Origin: Mesotaenium endlicherianum
Taxonomy: Eukaryota
Length of the DNA: 64,000 nucleotides
Direction: 5' to 3'
Assembly (NCBI GenBank): GCA_009602735.1
Contig: WELA01002258.1
Location: 78,746 to 142,745 of the forward strand
A program made the translations under genes and the position numbers. Below the pieces are notes generated by a model that was given only the letters and a program-made list of their open reading frames with translations, ran no database searches and was not told where the DNA came from. Shown piece after piece: positions 47,001 through 60,579 of the stretch. Position 1 is the first letter of the stretch; every line of letters begins with the position of its first letter.

Positions 47001-47897
47001 TGGAGGCATATTAAACACATCCGTGTACTGAGCAACAATGTTTGCAGCAGTAGGGTGTTCCGGAGGGTGTACCTTTTTCTCAACCACTTCTTCAGGTTGA
47101 GGAGGTACCTCTCTTAGCAGCAGACAGAACATTCTGTCTTCCTTCTGGTTCCAGCTTTTGACGAACTCCATTGCATTCAGCAACTTGCATCCTTCTGGAA
47201 GCCTCTTCTTTTCCTTCATTTGCCATCCACACAGGACAAGAGGAAGAGCACTGGTGGGTGCCAAGTCAGTCTGCCCATCACTGGCTCCTCTCACTTTAAC
47301 TGTACCTCTGCTCCAACACACTTCAGCTTGATGTCTATTAAGCCAGGACCTGCCTAGCACGAGATCATAAAAGCCAGTGTTGAGTACCTCAAATGTAAGC
47401 GTTTCAGTTAGAACTGCAATGCCAGAACCTAACTGGACCTCAATAGGCTTGGTTATAACTCCTCCCGGGATACTTGAGGCATCTCCAAGGAATATTTTTC
47501 TATTCCCTTGGGTGACAGTAGGCAGCCTTAGCCGCTTAACTAAGTCCTTGTGAATAAAAGTATGTGACGCCCCTCCGTCAACAAATGCCCTCACCTTCCT
47601 ACCTGCAATCATGCAATGCAGTAGGATAGGGGGGACTGTCTTTTCCTGACTTTCGCATTGTTCTCCTGACGTAGCAAAGAAATGTTGGACATCAGGTGGA
47701 ACAAGAGCATCCAGAGTGTGCACTCTCTGGACGTCTATATTGCTGATGGTCTCCTTTATCTGGTTGTCAGGCATGCATAGTGAATCCAGTTCAGCAGGAC
47801 CCATAATACCTGCTACGAGGGCAGCTAGTGACGACTCACTATCTCTAGCATCCTCACAGTCAGTAGACTGGATTACTGACTGTTGCTGTCTTTTAAA
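44088..47897 (-). CDS. pol: Pol of element C: protease-RT-RNaseH-integrase-chromodomain, entered by -1 frameshift
   Basis: [36 protein letters not shown] (MDWV, SDRD, TERTN), GPY motif, chromodomain YEVDEIL...[16 protein letters not shown]. No stops. Confidence 0.96.
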   Translation of the reverse strand, partial: FKRQQQSVIQSTDCEDARDSESSLAALVAGIMGPAELDSLCMPDNQIKETISNIDVQRVHTLDALVPPDVQHFFATSGEQCESQEKTVPPILLHCMIAGRKVRAFVDGGASHTFIHKDLVKRLRLPTVTQGNRKIFLGDASSIPGGVITKPIEVQLGSGIAVLTETLTFEVLNTGFYDLVLGRSWLNRHQAEVCWSRGTVKVRGASDGQTDLAPTSALPLVLCGWQMKEKKRLPEGCKLLNAMEFVKSWNQKEDRMFCLLLREVPPQPEEVVEKKVHPPEHPTAANIVAQYTDVFNMPPGLPPKREVDHRIDLLPGSQPPWQRTYGLSYLESEELKTQIAELEENGYISPSKSPYGAPILFVKKKDGSMRMCVDYRALNRITVKNKYALPRIEDLLDTLSGAKVFSKIDLKSGYHQIRIAEGDEHKTAFRTRYGHYEFNVMPFGLTNAPATFMGAMNDIFRPYLDKFVQVFLDDILIFSKDEAQHTEHLKKVLDTLRKNHLYAKMSKCDFFKESIEFLGHVVSKEGISVDPKKVQTIRDWPVPQSVSEVRSFLGLANYYRRFIENYSTKASKLTDLTKKDIGYVWGEEQQAAFQTLKDALCSAPVLAVYDPSKPVQVVTDASDFAMGAILLQPADKTTKDGKVRQEWHPVLYESMKFNPAEINYSVHDKELLAIIHVLKQWRAYLHGKAFKVITDHLALTHFQKKSKLSRRENRWSQMLEQFQVQIDYKPGKLNPADALSRRPDLQERNFSQHAVDKVLCALTSLKVKKSFLEQLRKAYLSDPTFEPSPTTGMCRATALGYKLKGGVWVTETTSGRLKLVIPNNLEIRSLLLSQAHDSLLGGHLGQAKTVGKLAKHYHWEGLPREVLKYVKSCDQCQRNKSRHTPPGGLLQPLPIPAGRWETISMDWVVSLPRTANGHDSILVVVDKLTKMVIFIPTTVKVTALETARQFYNHVVCQHGLPSNIISDRDSKFTSKFWRALMGLMGVKQLLSTANHPQTDGQTERTNRVLQEVLRAYINQKQDNWDDLLPQIQFAVNSAVHASTGKTPFELSLGRVPKSPLDVLGESLTHPEGIDNPVSLQLTQEFADTLSEVQRNLHTAQENQQKYANQHRRELTFSKGDLVKLHSQHLYLPGVVKKKLGPVWVGPYSVVRRVGQNAYKLNMSAEYKGHPVFNVSFLEPYIKGDTLFTGRFPVQPGPVPAVRDGDPEEYEVDEILDARSVRRSSKYVMKYLIRWKGYDASGDTWEFKDHLTNAKGALTRFHLRAAGVPP

Positions 47898-49351
47898 GGC
47901 TGGTCTTTTCTCTCGACCTTAGGCAGGTGCTTGACCGGACACTGTTCTCTGTAGTGGCCTTTCTGCTGACAATGGTAGCAAGTAGATTTTGCTGAGGCTG
48001 GTCTCGGCTTAGTCCTACCACCACCCCTTCCATAGCCACCTCGAGAGGGACCACCTCTACCTCTAGACTGAATAGCATTGTACTCATACTCATATTCATC
48101 ACCCTGATTATCCTCAGCCTGGTCTCCTTCAACTGCATTGTAGGAACCGTGGGGCTTTTTGACAATCTTTGACACCAAAGCGTTACTCTGGCGCTTGTGA
48201 TTGAACTGCTGCTGATCCCAGGCGTCAGCATCCTGGATCAAGTCAGCCAGTTTCTCATACTTTTTCTCAGCAAAATGACCAGAGACCTCGGATTTCAAGC
48301 CATACCTGAAGTATGCTATCCTATACCGTTCTGGCAAATCAGGCTGCTTCATCATGTTCTCTTGGAACTTTTGAGCAAACTCAGCAACTGAAGTGGTCTG
48401 CTTCAGTGTCAGGGAGATCATCGCATAGATAGCTTTCTCCTGCTGGTTGATGACATCAAACTTCTCATGCAACTTCTCGACAAACTCTACCCACGTAGGG
48501 TCACCGAGTTGCCGAGCCTTACGCTCTTCCTTCCAGTAAAGCCACCAGTCTGCGGCACTGCCTTTCAGTAGCGCACCGGTGTGCCTGACCTTCTCGTAAT
48601 CTTGCAGTTCTGGGTAGTTCTCCAGCCACTGCTCAACATCCGCGAGAAACTTGATCAGGTAATATTTTCTGTTTCCCTCAGGATCATAGTCCTGGGGAGG
48701 TTTCGGCTTGGGCTTACTAGGCCCTCGGCCACCACCACTAGTGGTGTGAGACCCCAGTTGGTCTCTGTCCCGGAGTAGGGACATTATGATTCTTTTGTCC
48801 TCCTGCTGGGACTGATACATGGTCGCCATTTGCGACTGCATCTGAACGAACAATGCTCCCAAGTCTACATTTTGGGGTGGTAGATTAGCAAATGCAGCAG
48901 CAGCATTGGCATCTACTCGCTGAGTAGTGTCCTCAACAATCCCTCTTGCTCCTGCAGCAGCAATTCCTGCCGCATTCAGCCGGTCACGTATTTGACCTAG
49001 GGGTACATTGAGTTGTACGGCAGGAGGTGGGTTCAGAACATTGGCCCTTGATGCCATAAGTTCTTCAACAGTGCGCTCGTCAGCTGGCTGTCCTTCCCTC
49101 CTTTGTATATCTTCAGCGGCCTTTGCTACTTGTTCAGCTTCTAGTCTGGCTATCTCCTCCTCAGCTTGCTGAGCTGCGACTGAGGCAATAGCAGCTGCCT
49201 CATCTGCAGCCTCCCTAGCTGCAGTATCCGCTACTGCTTCCGAATAGGTACGGTTTCCCGCTACATGGCTTTCCGCCTGGTTTTCGACATTCTCGTTATC
49301 CTGGTTCTCCATGTCTCGGGAGTTGCTAGTTTGAGACCTTGTCCTTACCAT
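47873..49351 (-). CDS. gag: Gag of element C
   Basis: MVRTRSQ start, capsid-like LKGSAADWW / SVAEFAQKF / FRYGLK, knuckle [14 protein letters not shown]. Confidence 0.93.
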   Translation of the reverse strand: MVRTRSQTSNSRDMENQDNENVENQAESHVAGNRTYSEAVADTAAREAADEAAAIASVAAQQAEEEIARLEAEQVAKAAEDIQRREGQPADERTVEELMASRANVLNPPPAVQLNVPLGQIRDRLNAAGIAAAGARGIVEDTTQRVDANAAAAFANLPPQNVDLGALFVQMQSQMATMYQSQQEDKRIIMSLLRDRDQLGSHTTSGGGRGPSKPKPKPPQDYDPEGNRKYYLIKFLADVEQWLENYPELQDYEKVRHTGALLKGSAADWWLYWKEERKARQLGDPTWVEFVEKLHEKFDVINQQEKAIYAMISLTLKQTTSVAEFAQKFQENMMKQPDLPERYRIAYFRYGLKSEVSGHFAEKKYEKLADLIQDADAWDQQQFNHKRQSNALVSKIVKKPHGSYNAVEGDQAEDNQGDEYEYEYNAIQSRGRGGPSRGGYGRGGGRTKPRPASAKSTCYHCQQKGHYREQCPVKHLPKVERKDQPLKDSNSQ

Positions 49352-49372
49352 ACAAAGAAGACTGTGATAACT

Positions 49373-49384
49373 GCTCCGATACCA
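49373..49384 (-). promoter_or_regulatory. Primer-binding site complementary to the initiator tRNA-Met 3' end
   Basis: TGGTATCGGAGC, one mismatch to the canonical TGGTATCAGAGC, 1 nt after the LTR end. Confidence 0.9.
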
Positions 49385-49385
49385 C

Positions 49386-50105
49386 TGAAATGAATCGACT
49401 TACCAAATAGGCGATTAACAATTAATAAAGATCTTTATATCAGCAAGTAATCTTTATGGTATTTCCGTTAACTAGTTAAACGGCAAAGGACAATACACTA
49501 GCAGGGAATAATACTCGTAAGTCAAATGCGAGTAAACTAGCATCAATGATGCAAATCAGTAAACTCATACATAAGCAAGGTTAGAAGACAGTGCGTATCA
49601 ATGGCTTCTCGCCTTGGATTCAGAGTTCTCTCAGTAAGCTGTACAAGAGAGTTGGCCTCGTTTCCGAATGCCGAACTCGAGAGCAATGCCTAGCATATGT
49701 ACATGGAATGAGTTTACTGTTCAACGGTCAGTGCGATGGCACCGCCTACCCGGGAGTTAACCACGTTGGTAGGACCTCGGTTAACCAAATCCACTGCCAT
49801 CTCCCATCATCCCGAATAGCCATCCATCATAGGAATGTCATCTGGCTATTCATCTAGCATATCGCACTTAGATGCATATTAAGGCAATTCGCTGCTACCG
49901 AGTACGGAAGTCAGCTTGCTGTCAAAGAATGTGTCAGCAAGCTGACTTATATGGACTTTCAGCCTGCTGCTTTCGACTGAGTCAGCAAACTGATAATTAT
50001 GTAAAGTCCAGCAGACTGATTATTAACTAAAGTTCAGCAGGCTGAACTTAATTAACTGTTATATTTATATGAATATTATATCGACTAATATACTGATTCA
50101 TTACA
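49386..50105 (-). repeat. 5' LTR of element C (720 bp)
   Basis: TGTAATGAATC...ATTTCA on the minus strand; adjacent to PBS and TSD. Confidence 0.95.
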
Positions 50106-50412
50106 TCTGAGCTCGTCACTCAACCCCGCGCCTTAACAGCTCTTCACTGCTCGACTGGGCTCACTCAGTTCTTCACTGAGAGCTTTTCTTGTTAAGACTA
50201 ATCTTGCTATCAGCAATTCAACAATTGAGACTTTTGAGAACTTGGAAACTAACACAGCACTCACCATTTTAAGTGACCTTCGCACTCTTGTGGCGTTCGA
50301 CCCAAATCTGTGCTAATCCCCTAACAGATTCTATTATGCAACTCTCTACTTTCTACCAGCGAGGTCCTTTCTTGGGAACTCCTAAGGTCTAATCTTTCTA
50401 TGATACACTTAG

Positions 50413-51132
50413 TGTAATGAATCAGTATACTGGTTGACATAATATTCATTTAAATAATATAGTTCAATAAGTTCAGCCTGCTGAACTCTAGTTAACAATC
50501 AATCTGCTGGACTTTATACTTAATATCAGTTTAATGACTCAGGCCGGAAGTAGCAGGCAGAGGTCACCTTAAGTCAGCTTGCTGACACATTCTTTGACAG
50601 CCAGCTGACTTCCGTACTCGGTAGCAGCGAACTGCCTCCATATGCATCTAAGTGTGGTATGCTAGATGAATGGCCAGATGACATCCCTATGATGGATGGC
50701 GATTCGGGATGATGGGAGATGGCGGTGGATTTGGTTAACCGAGGTCCTACCAACGTGGTTAACTCCCGGGTAGGCGGTGCCATCGCACTGACCGTTGAAC
50801 AGTAAACTCATTCCATGTACATATGCTAGGCATTGCTCTCGAGATCGGCATTCGGAAACGAGGCCAACTCTCTTGTACAGCTCACTGAGAGCGATCCGAA
50901 TCCAAGGCGAGAAGCCATTGATACGCACTGTCTTCTAACCTTGCCTATGTATGAGTTTACTGATTGTATTATACATGCTAGTTTACTCGCATTTGACTTA
51001 CGAGTATAATTCACTGCTAGTGTGTTGTCCTTTGCCGTTTAACAGTTTACGATAAATACCATAAAGATTACTCGCTGATACAAAGACCTTTATTAATTGA
51101 TAATCGCCTATTTGGTAAGTCGATTCATTTTA
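50413..51132 (+). mobile_element. Solo LTR of the element C family
   Basis: Full-length LTR homolog; TSD CTTAG at 50408-50412 and 51133-51137; terminal CA mutated to TA. Confidence 0.92.
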
Positions 51133-52145
51133 CTTAGGAACAAATCTTCCAGCGTCGGTAGAAGCGTGGCGTCTCGGCTCTTCTATGGCCTTGGGAACTC
51201 CTCCTTCTTCATGCTCCTTCTGCTCCTTCAGCTTCCTTTGACAACGATGCAAGCAAGAATGAGGCAGCTTCAGGCAGGACTCGTGCCTTTCACAGGCACC
51301 ACACATTATCCTCTTTCAAGCATGCCAGTGCTTAGTCACAGTGCTTAGCTTGCATGCCGTCCTTACCTAGCAGCTCTCACACGGCTTAGGAGTTCTCATT
51401 CAGCATGCATGCATGCCTTGGGATTGTCGCGCGTGACTTCTTAGCCTTTCAGCTGACAATCATATCTATGTGGCTGGCTGGCGACGTTTAGGATGAATGC
51501 TCAAGCCGTGACTAGTCACCTGAGGGTTTTGGCCGAGGTGGCACACAGCTCCTCTGCAACTTCCCTGCTGTACTTGGCTTAGATAGCCAATTGATCAGTA
51601 CCTTTCCGGGCACTTGCTGGTTCCATACCCCTAGCCTTTCGGCTGACTACTCCGTCCAAATCCCCATCCATCCTTGGGTGTGGGTTTGACGTGTCGTGAC
51701 CACTTTGACAATGTTAACGACTTTGACATGACCGCTGACTGAGATAACTCGGTCCTTTGGCCGGTGAGTCACCACTGACTTCCTGTACCTGGGCAGCCGT
51801 GGCTTGCGCTGTGCGTGCGGCACCGTCAAGTGGATAGCAATTGCGACAGTGCTTGGATAATAATTATTTTCTAGTATACAAGGATATAATTAGTCAACGT
51901 CTTCTATAGCATAATCTTTCAACGACTACCTGAGGCAAATTCACCAACGACATCTAGAGTAGAACGCGCCACATTACATTCTAGAATAGCTTAAGTTACA
52001 CGACCGTTAACCTTTTGTCCGTTAAAGACAATGACTATATAAGTCGTCCAAAACCGTTGTATATTTATTTGATATTCTACAAATAAATTCTTTTTTCCTT
52101 CATTGAAACAATCTTCTATTTTCTCGCTTCCGCCATCTTTCCGCA

Positions 52146-55100
52146 CAGCTCAGGTGGGCTGCTTCTCCGACGAACAGCTTCCCCTTTTCAGGTCGAATTC
52201 CCCGCTAAAAACCTTCAAAATCGTCGCTGCCCCTCCTGCCTCCTTTCACTCGCCATGCTGCCCACTCGACTAATGCAAGTGTTGGCACCTCTCGCTCTCC
52301 AGCGGACGGCCTACACCACGAGCTGCGACGAGGAATTGAACAATTTTACCAAAATTGTTCAAGAGCGTGCGTCCAGCCATGGCACGAAACGCATTGTGGT
52401 CAATCTTGGTCGTTACAAGCACGAGAGACATTTAACCGGGGACTGCCGTCAGGACCCGTCACGTGTCCCGACGGGAGAAAACGTGCAAGCGTGTGGCAAA
52501 GTACATAAACCGACGTCTGCTCAAGCGTGGGAAGTAAACGTTTCCGGTTACTATGCAACCAAGCATGAACAATTCAACAAGAGCATGCAACTTCCATATC
52601 ATTGGGCTTTACCAAACATTTAAGTAACAAAAATGAGATTATCATACACAATCTTAAGACAGGGGCACAATTGACCAAAGCTTGTTGTGGTCATGGTTAA
52701 AGGAGGCATTGTCAAATATTTACCAATTATTGAATATGAAGGTACTTGCGATGAGGACAGTCTTTGGACAATGCAAAAGACATCAGCACATAGCTTTTAT
52801 TCCATACCATAAATTGATATTTATTATTTCAATTCATGATTGAAGCCACCAAAAGGGCCAATTCACTTTGCCGACTCGTAATATTGCTCATCCAAATGCT
52901 CCTTCTAAGATTAAAATTGGAAAGACGATACAAAAATTGCAAAAAAAAAATAAAATCACATATTTTATCAATATTGACACCATTCGCCACCATTCGCGCT
53001 TTCATTGACGTTCATCAACATGTATCTTGATCCTAGTTTTAAAAAAATCACGCATCGGCCAAACTTGCCGTACCAATATTCTGTATCGCATACATATACG
53101 CATGAACATTAAACTTGAAAAATAGTGGTCCGTTCTATCCGTTTAATACCAAAATAAGATTTTCTCTTGTACAGGCTGATGGTTGACATACTTCCTTTTT
53201 TGACCATCTATTATTGACGCGCTCGTCATGCTCTACCTAACGTGATCTGTTTCAAACTTTTTAAAAGTCACAGTCGCAAACAACTTTCTAACAATTTCAC
53301 ACGCTTGGCGTATTTTGGCGTATTTTACGTACATTTTTGGCACAACCATATATACTTATCCGTACTTATCTCGTGTCGATTGCATCCATATTTTTACATT
53401 ACGATCTCGATGGAGGTCATTTAAAACGATATGAACTCAAAGGGTGAATAGAAGACTCAAACTTATCATATTTGCCTTAACGATAGTGGCAAAATACGTG
53501 AGGTGCTTCATTCTACAAATCACCACTTAAAAAATACCACAAATAATACAATTTGCCAATATCCACTAAACCACTTTTTGCCAATCACATAAAACATAGA
53601 GAGCTTACAATACGTTAGAGTACAATGATCAACATATAGAAAGAGAATATAAAGTTATTCGCAATCATACATTCTTTACTCGATTGCAAACTTGCATTCC
53701 ATACGGAAAATTAATTGAACAAACAAGAGATACATAAGAAAGAAAGTTCACATCCCCATCACACACTCTCCCTCTCCCTTCTTGCCCCCCCNNNNNNNNN
53801 NNNNNNNNNNNNNNNNNNNNNNNNNNNNNNNNNNNNNNNNNNNNNNNNNNNNNNNNNNNNNNNNNNNNNNNNNNNNNNNNNNNNNNNNNNNNNNNNNNNN
53901 NNNNNNNNNNNNNNNNNNNNNNNNNNNNNNNNNNNNNNNNNNNNNNNNNNNNNNNNNNNNNNNNNNNNNNNNNNNNNNNNNNNNNNNNNNNNNNNNNNNN
54001 NNNNNNNNNNNNNNNNNNNNNNNNNNNNNNNNNNNNNNNNNNNNNNNNNNNNNNNNNNNNNNNNNNNNNNNNNNNNNNNNNNNNNNNNNNNNNNNNNNNN
54101 NNNNNNNNNNNNNNNNNNNNNNNNNNNNNNNNNNNNNNNNNNNNNNNNNNNNNNNNNNNNNNNNNNNNNNNNNNNNNNNNNNNNNNNNNNNNNNNNNNNN
54201 NNNNNNNNNNNNNNNNNNNNNNNNNNNNNNNNNNNNNNNNNNNNNNNNNNNNNNNNNNNNNNNNNNNNNNNNNNNNNNNNNNNNNNNNNNNNNNNNNNNN
54301 NNNNNNNNNNNNNNNNNNNNNNNNNNNNNNNNNNNNNNNNNNNNNNNNNNNNNNNNNNNNNNNNNNNNNNNNNNNNNNNNNNNNNNNNNNNNNNNNNNNN
54401 NNNNNNNNNNNNNNNNNNNNNNNNNNNNNNNNNNNNNNNNNNNNNNNNNNNNNNNNNNNNNNNNNNNNNNNNNNNNCCCCCCCCCCCAAGAGAGGAAGGG
54501 GGGGAGGAAGGGGGGGGGAGGGAAAGTGAATGACGGGCATTTAAATTGTTTTTTTATGTATTTCTTGTGTGTTAATCTTGTTTGTTAAGCTCTACAACAG
54601 CCTTGGACTACAACAGCCTAGCAAAACTTTTGCCTTCGCATTATGGTTCGCGCGTTCGAAGCGCTAGACATCACCTACTCGCTTAGCGCAAGTAATCTGC
54701 AGGTTATATGGGGCTTCTCGAGCTCTTATGCTCTCGGAGCTAGCTAGGAGAAGAACACTAACTATAACTCTCGTAAAGGTTGATCACACGTTTATTGTTG
54801 ACTAGCAAATCCCTGATGTACAATTGGAATTGATATAACTATAGCATTAATCTTGAGAAGACGCTCGAAACCTCTCATTGTTGCTGGGTGGGGCGGGTCA
54901 TTGAATCTGGGTTGCTATCAATATGCATGAATTCATGTTTGATTTTAGTGGTTCGTGGCTGCTGCCGCTGCGAGGTCGTAAGCCAGGACCTCTACCCTTG
55001 GAAACTCACTTGTTTGTGCTTACCTTTTAGTCTCTTCTTTGATGTTCTGGAGCTTGCTTAGCTTCAAACGATTTGATGTTGATTGCGCTTGATAAAAGAC

Positions 55101-56293
55101 AATTCTATGCAACAACCACGGACTCTAGTGTTAGACAATGGACATGGAGGCTGGAGTGCACAAATTAGAAATTGCAATTATATTGAAACTCTTACCCAAG
55201 CAGTCATCATTTCCTTTGCGTCCTCCTTTCATGGCCCAGGTAGTACGCTTTCCTCATGATCAACCATGAGGTTTAGGGTGGCTGTCAAGACACCCTATTA
55301 GTCAATTACCTCTTGTAATGACTCAATGTATTGTCTTACATATTGATTGGAGTTTAATATTATAGTTATTATGTTTCATCCGTTGAACTGTTGTTTATTT
55401 TCAGTCGACTGAACTTTGGGTAATATTTAGTCAAGAGTAGCACGCTGAATTCCAGTTACATCAGCTTATCAACATATTCTTTGACAACCAGCTGACAGCC
55501 TTAAGCAAAATTAGCGAGTGGCCAAACACTGCATCTGTTGTCATATGCTAGATGAATGTCCAGATGAAGTTTGAGATGGATGGCGATTCGGCTCCATGGG
55601 AGATTGATGTGGATTTGGTTAGCTGATGTCCTACCGACGAGGTCAAGTCTCGGGTAAATGGGGCCATCGCACTTGCGATTGAACAGTAAACTCATTCCAT
55701 GTACAAATGCTAGGATTGCTATCGAGTTTCGCATCAATAACCAAAGCCAGTTTTTCGTACAGACTACTAAAACTATATCTGAATTGAAGGCTGCAAGCTG
55801 TTACTACCCTAATTATGGAATACGTATTTGGAGAATTCGTAAAACAAATACGCATTGCGAGTTTACGTGTAAAAATGAAATCATGTGTGTATTACGTTTT
55901 TCCAAGGTTCTCGGAAAAATTGGCAGGGCTGTTAACTTTCAAATTGCTTAGAAACTTCGAGCGCGATTGGTCGCAAATGGTAGAGGACTCAGTTTGCTAT
56001 GATATAAAGGTGGTGAAAGTAAAAAATTCATTGTTACATATTCAAATCGCCAAATTTTCATTTTCACCTTGTCGAGACGCGTATTTTGCGTATTTTAAAA
56101 ATACGGGGAAATACGTGGTGTTTTACGTCACTCTCGGACCAATACGCGCGAATCCCATAACTAGGGTAACTACAAATTGCTTACTAACTTTGCTTGTGCA
56201 TTAGTTCGCCCAATTGTTTACTTGATGCTCGTTACTTGCATTTGACTGGTGAAAGTTACTTGCGCCAGTTGTGTGGTATATTGCTCATAAGTT
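52146..56293 (+). repeat. Segmental repeat, copy 1 (paralog of 60578-64000); contains N gap 53792-54476
   Basis: Collinear similarity from CAGCTCAGGTGGGCTGC (52146/60578) to GACACCCTATTAGTCAAT. After a deletion in copy 2, 56234-56293 matches 63941-64000. Confidence 0.88.
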
Positions 56294-56372
56294 TACCAAA
56301 AACAACCCTGAAGATTACTTCTTGTTATAAACATCTTTCATTAATTGAATTGTTTTTAAGTAAGTCATTTCA
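55314..56372 (+). mobile_element. Old, diverged solo LTR of the C family with a ~390-bp internal insertion
   Basis: TGTAATGAC...ATTTCA; conserved GAACAGTAAACTCATTCCATGTACA block; imperfect TSD CCTCT/CCTTT. Confidence 0.7.
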
Positions 56373-57185
56373 CCTTTATGTCGACCTCGATGAAATCGGC
56401 ATAGACAAAAGCATCAGACTTAAACTATGAGTAGGTTGGTGATGCATGTAGTATAATATGTTACATATATGATTTGACTATGTCTTAGGCGATTGACGAA
56501 TCAATTTGACAATTTTGGTTTGCCTTGATCCTAGCAATGTGGTTAATTCTCAAGTAGGCAATGCCATTGTTTTGCTGTTGAATAGTAAATAAATTCCACG
56601 TACATAACTTTCAAGAAACCGTCTCTCCTCCAAGAAGCTCCCACTTGTGTTCAAACATCCTTTTTTTAAAGCTTATATATTAAATTTTTCCAAGTACTTA
56701 TCTATCTGTTACACTACACCAAACGTTCACAGATAGCACACTCAAATGACCTTCTCAAAGTACTCCTTGCAGATGAAGTAACCTATGACTTTGCTTACCA
56801 CTTGCGTAATTCTTTAAGTGACTGGAAATCGACCAAGAAGACGTCGGATTGCTTTGCACTGATAAGCGTGTCATCTACATGCATACGCACGCTATAGTCC
56901 CTTATACTAATCACTTTAAATTGAGGGAGCTATGCAACCCATTGATTGATGTAACTATCCATATATATTTGCTAATCATGGAAATCTACATACAACGGGT
57001 GGGTAAAAACCATCTCTAATAAGAGGAATAGCCCACATCTTATGACCTGTACATGTGAAAAGAATACTGGAAGTTTAGACTGGACGCTACTGGGCAGCTG
57101 TACAATCAATCACAAAGTGAATAATACGCTATGAAACCTAGGACTAGGAGCACGGATAAGCAAGCTACGACTAAGACAAGTGAGC

Positions 57186-58125
57186 TTTATTGAATTGATA
57201 TTATTGATAGTGTAAATTCATGTAAATATAATAATTTATTAAAGTTTAATTAGCTAAAATTTAAGTAATAGTAAGTCTGTTGGACTTTTAGAAATGTTGA
57301 ATCTCTTGGATGGGTAGGACAGAGGATGGAGAAGTAGGAATCGTGAGGAACCCGGTAGGACAGAGCGCTTTGGTAGGAGTTTTGGCCCGCAAAAACAATC
57401 ACTATTCCAAGCACGCGGAAGAGGGCCTCATAAATTCTAGTTGGATCCTCGAAAAAGTCAACATGCGAATAAAAAAAGTCCTACCCAATCCGGGAATCCA
57501 TGCAGTATAACGACTCAGCCAAGAGCAGCAGTCTAGTATTGGTCAGCTATTGGCTGAAGTCTACTATTGATCAGCTTGCTGACACATTCTTTGACTGTCG
57601 TACTCGGTATTAGTGAACTGCCTAGTTGTGCATCTAAGAGTGATATGCTAGATGAGTGGCTAGATGACACCCTTGGGGTGGATGGCGATGCGGGACGATG
57701 GCAGATTGCTATGGCTTTAGTTGACCGAGGTCCTACCGACGTGGTTAACTCCCGATTAGGCGATGCCATCGCACTTGCCGTTAAACAGTAAACTCATTCC
57801 ATGTACATAGGTTAGGTCATGCTCTCGAGTTCGGCATTAAAAAACGAGGCCAACTCTCTTGCACCGCTTACTGGGACTTGGGAGAGATTCGAATCCAAGG
57901 CAAGAAGCCATTGATACGACTGTCTTCTAACCTTGCTTATGTGGGAATTTACTGATTGCATGATTGATGCTCGTTTACTTGCATTCGGTCGGTGAGTATT
58001 GTAAAGCTAGTTGTGGAGCCTTAAGCTGATCACTAAGTAAGCAGGACACACCCTAAAGATTACTTGTTGATATAAAGATCTTTAATTTTGTTGTTAATCG
58101 CCTATTGGTAAGTCGATTCCTTTCA
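57186..58125 (+). mobile_element. Diverged solo LTR of the C family with a ~210-bp insertion (~57300-57510)
   Basis: 57515-58125 aligns with the C LTR; flanks TGAGC/TGAGT. Confidence 0.75.
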
Positions 58126-59317
58126 TGAGTTAATAATGTGAGAAGAATGTCCTTAGGTGGGTTAGCGATGTTATGGCGGGCTTCGGGTCTGAGAGACTAC
58201 CTACGAACGGATCCGTCGCGAATGAGGCTATTGTGACGCCTCACTAGAAAGAGTGAGGTAGCAAACAAGCACGATCGCATAAGGAGGCCGTGAATAAGGT
58301 CTCAAGGAAAGTCATTATTGAATATAGAAGCATGAATTGACACACAAACGCTAACACATTAAAAGTGTTACTTCGCTACCTAAATAGCATGGCCACGGTC
58401 CAGCCCAACGCAAACATGGAAACAAACAAACCTACCTAATTGAGTGACACGCTAATGCATCATATCAACAAAGGGTGACTCACTGACTAGAAATGTAATG
58501 ATCGACATAAATTGAATTGGGACGTGCAAACCGATACGACCACTCCACTCTTACAAATGAACTCGTACACTCCCTAAACCCCTAGCAATCTCGTGGGCAT
58601 ACCCGGCGGGATTGCCTAAAGTACATAACGTCCAAGTAATGGGCGACTCCAGCTCCCATTTGGTACCAGCGCCAAGTGTGAATAGATACTTCAGTGACTT
58701 GGTTCATGTCCTTTGAACCTTCTGAGGCATTTTCGAAGTTAGAGGAAGGACCTAGAAAAACTCCATGTGGAAAAAGTCAAATGTGCCATTTTTAGGTCAA
58801 AAGGACATGTGTACATTATTCTAGAAAGAGGTGGCAAGTTTTGGGATGTGTTGGGTGCCAACACATCAACATGCACATTCCTAAAAATTATTTATGTAGC
58901 AAGTATATAAACAAGAGCTAGAACGTAGAGACATTCCAGAATTACTCTTGTACGTGCCAAATTCCAGAAATACATTAACTTTCAAGAAGTCATCTCTCTA
59001 TCAAGAAGCTACCACTTGTGTTCGAAGATCCTTGTCTTGAATAGATAAAGTATTCTATTTTACTAAGTACTTTATCTATCTGTTTCAGTACAGAAGGTGA
59101 GGGGAATGGGCTGAATCAAGGCAGAACCTCACAGCTGCTCAACAGCAAAACCTCGTGAGCGATAGGTCCACGTTTTTGCTGTAGCCGTTTGTGAGCTAGG
59201 TCGTCCTCACCTACCACCCTAACCCGACTACCACTGACCTATCAGCACTTACCACCATTGACCACTCTGACCAGAAACACACACAGAGAGGACCTGACAG
59301 CATCAAGTACGACAAAG

Positions 59318-59321
<4 letters not shown>

Positions 59322-59390
<69 letters not shown>

Positions 59391-59391
59391 N

Positions 59392-59423
<32 letters not shown>

Positions 59424-60579
59424 GGAAGAGGGAAAGTGTGTGACGGGGATGTGAACACAATTCTGTATGGGTTTTTTTTGTGTTTTTGTATTCATTGCGA
59501 GTTTGCAAGTGAGTTGAGAATGCATGGTCACGAATAAGTTTCGTTTTCTAATTCATATGTTGATATTTGTACCTTAACATAAAATAAGCTCTCTATGTTT
59601 TCTATAATTGGGAGAAAGTGGTGTAATTAATATTGACGATTCATATTTTGTGAAATGTGGTGATTTGTAAAATGAATCACATCACATATTTTGCCATTAT
59701 AGTAGAGGATAATGTGATTTTGGGTGATCCATTCACCAGTTTGAGTTGATTGTCGTTTTGGACAACCTGAACTGAGATATATGTTGATGAACGTCGATGA
59801 AATTGCAAATGGTGGCGTCAATATTAACAGAATACGTAATTTATATTTTTTTTACAATTCTTGTAGTATCTTTCGAAGCTTAAACATAAAAAGTGCATTT
59901 GGATAATCAATGTTATGGGTTGGCAAAGTAAAGTGGCCCTTTTGGTGGCTTCAACAATTAACCGAGATATTAAATATCTGTTCATAGTATGGAAGAAAGT
60001 CTTAGGTGCTGATGTCCTTTCCAGTGTCTAATTAGTGTTCTCTCCGCAAGTACTAGGATCTTTAACAATTGGAAATTTTTTGGCATCGCCTCCTTCAACA
60101 ATGACCACAAGTAGTTTTGGTCAATTATGCTCCTGCCTTAGATTGAGTATGATAATCTCTTTTTTATATCATTTTTCAGTACATTGATATGGAAGGTTTA
60201 TATGCACTGTTATAAAATTCATGCTTGGTTGCATATTAATAGGAAATTTGTAATTTCCACGCTTGAGCGGACGTCAATCTCTGGACTTTGCTACACGCTT
60301 CAGATGATGTGTAACGCACTTGCACGTTTTCTCCCGTCGGGACACCTAACGGGTCCTGACGGCAGTCCCCGGTTAATTGTCTCTCGTGCTTTTAACGACC
60401 ACAATTGACCTTGATGCCTTTCGTGCCACGGCTGGACGCACGTTTTTGAACAATTTTGGTCAAATCGATCAATTGCTCGTAGCAGCTCGTGGTGTAAGCC
60501 GTCCCCTGGAGAGCAAGAGGTGCGAACGCTTGCATGAGTCGAGTGGGCAGCATGGCGAGTGGAAGGAGGCAGGAGGGCA
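59322..60579 (-). repeat. Inverted copy of the segmental repeat head, ending in (GA)n
   Basis: 60316-60579 is the reverse complement of ~60658-60934. More diverged homology extends to 59430 vs 62210. (GA)n at 59322-59419 mirrors (CT)n at 62230-62403. Confidence 0.85.

Larger units (their letters stand above)
41287..50105 (-). mobile_element. Element C: full-length chromovirus (Ty3/Gypsy) with an extra 3' ORF
   Basis: LTRs 49386-50105 and 41287-42030 (TG...CA). TSD TCTGA at 41282-41286 and 50106-50110. tRNA-iMet-type PBS TGGTATCGGAGC. Purine tract next to the 3' LTR. Intact gag, pol and ORF3. Confidence 0.96.
36297..51848 (-). mobile_element. Element B: degenerate, 3'-truncated Gypsy element (LTR-PBS-gag-PR-DNMT), interrupted by element C and a solo LTR
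   Basis: Coding remnants at 36297-40957 are homologous to element A gag/PR/DNMT. PBS-like TGGTGAGTGC at 50266-50257. Putative LTR ~50269-51848 begins TGTCGC on the minus strand; LTR limits are tentative. Confidence 0.7.

Noticed and set aside
52255..52623. Repeated ORF MLPTR...YKHERHLTG (also ~60698 and the inverted copy)
   Set aside because: Similarity is explained by the DNA repeat; lengths differ and the inverted copy has a stop.
56600..59095. Short repeated PBS/LTR-junction-like fragments at ~56605-56710 and ~58970-59090
   Set aside because: Likely old LTR element debris, too degraded to delimit.
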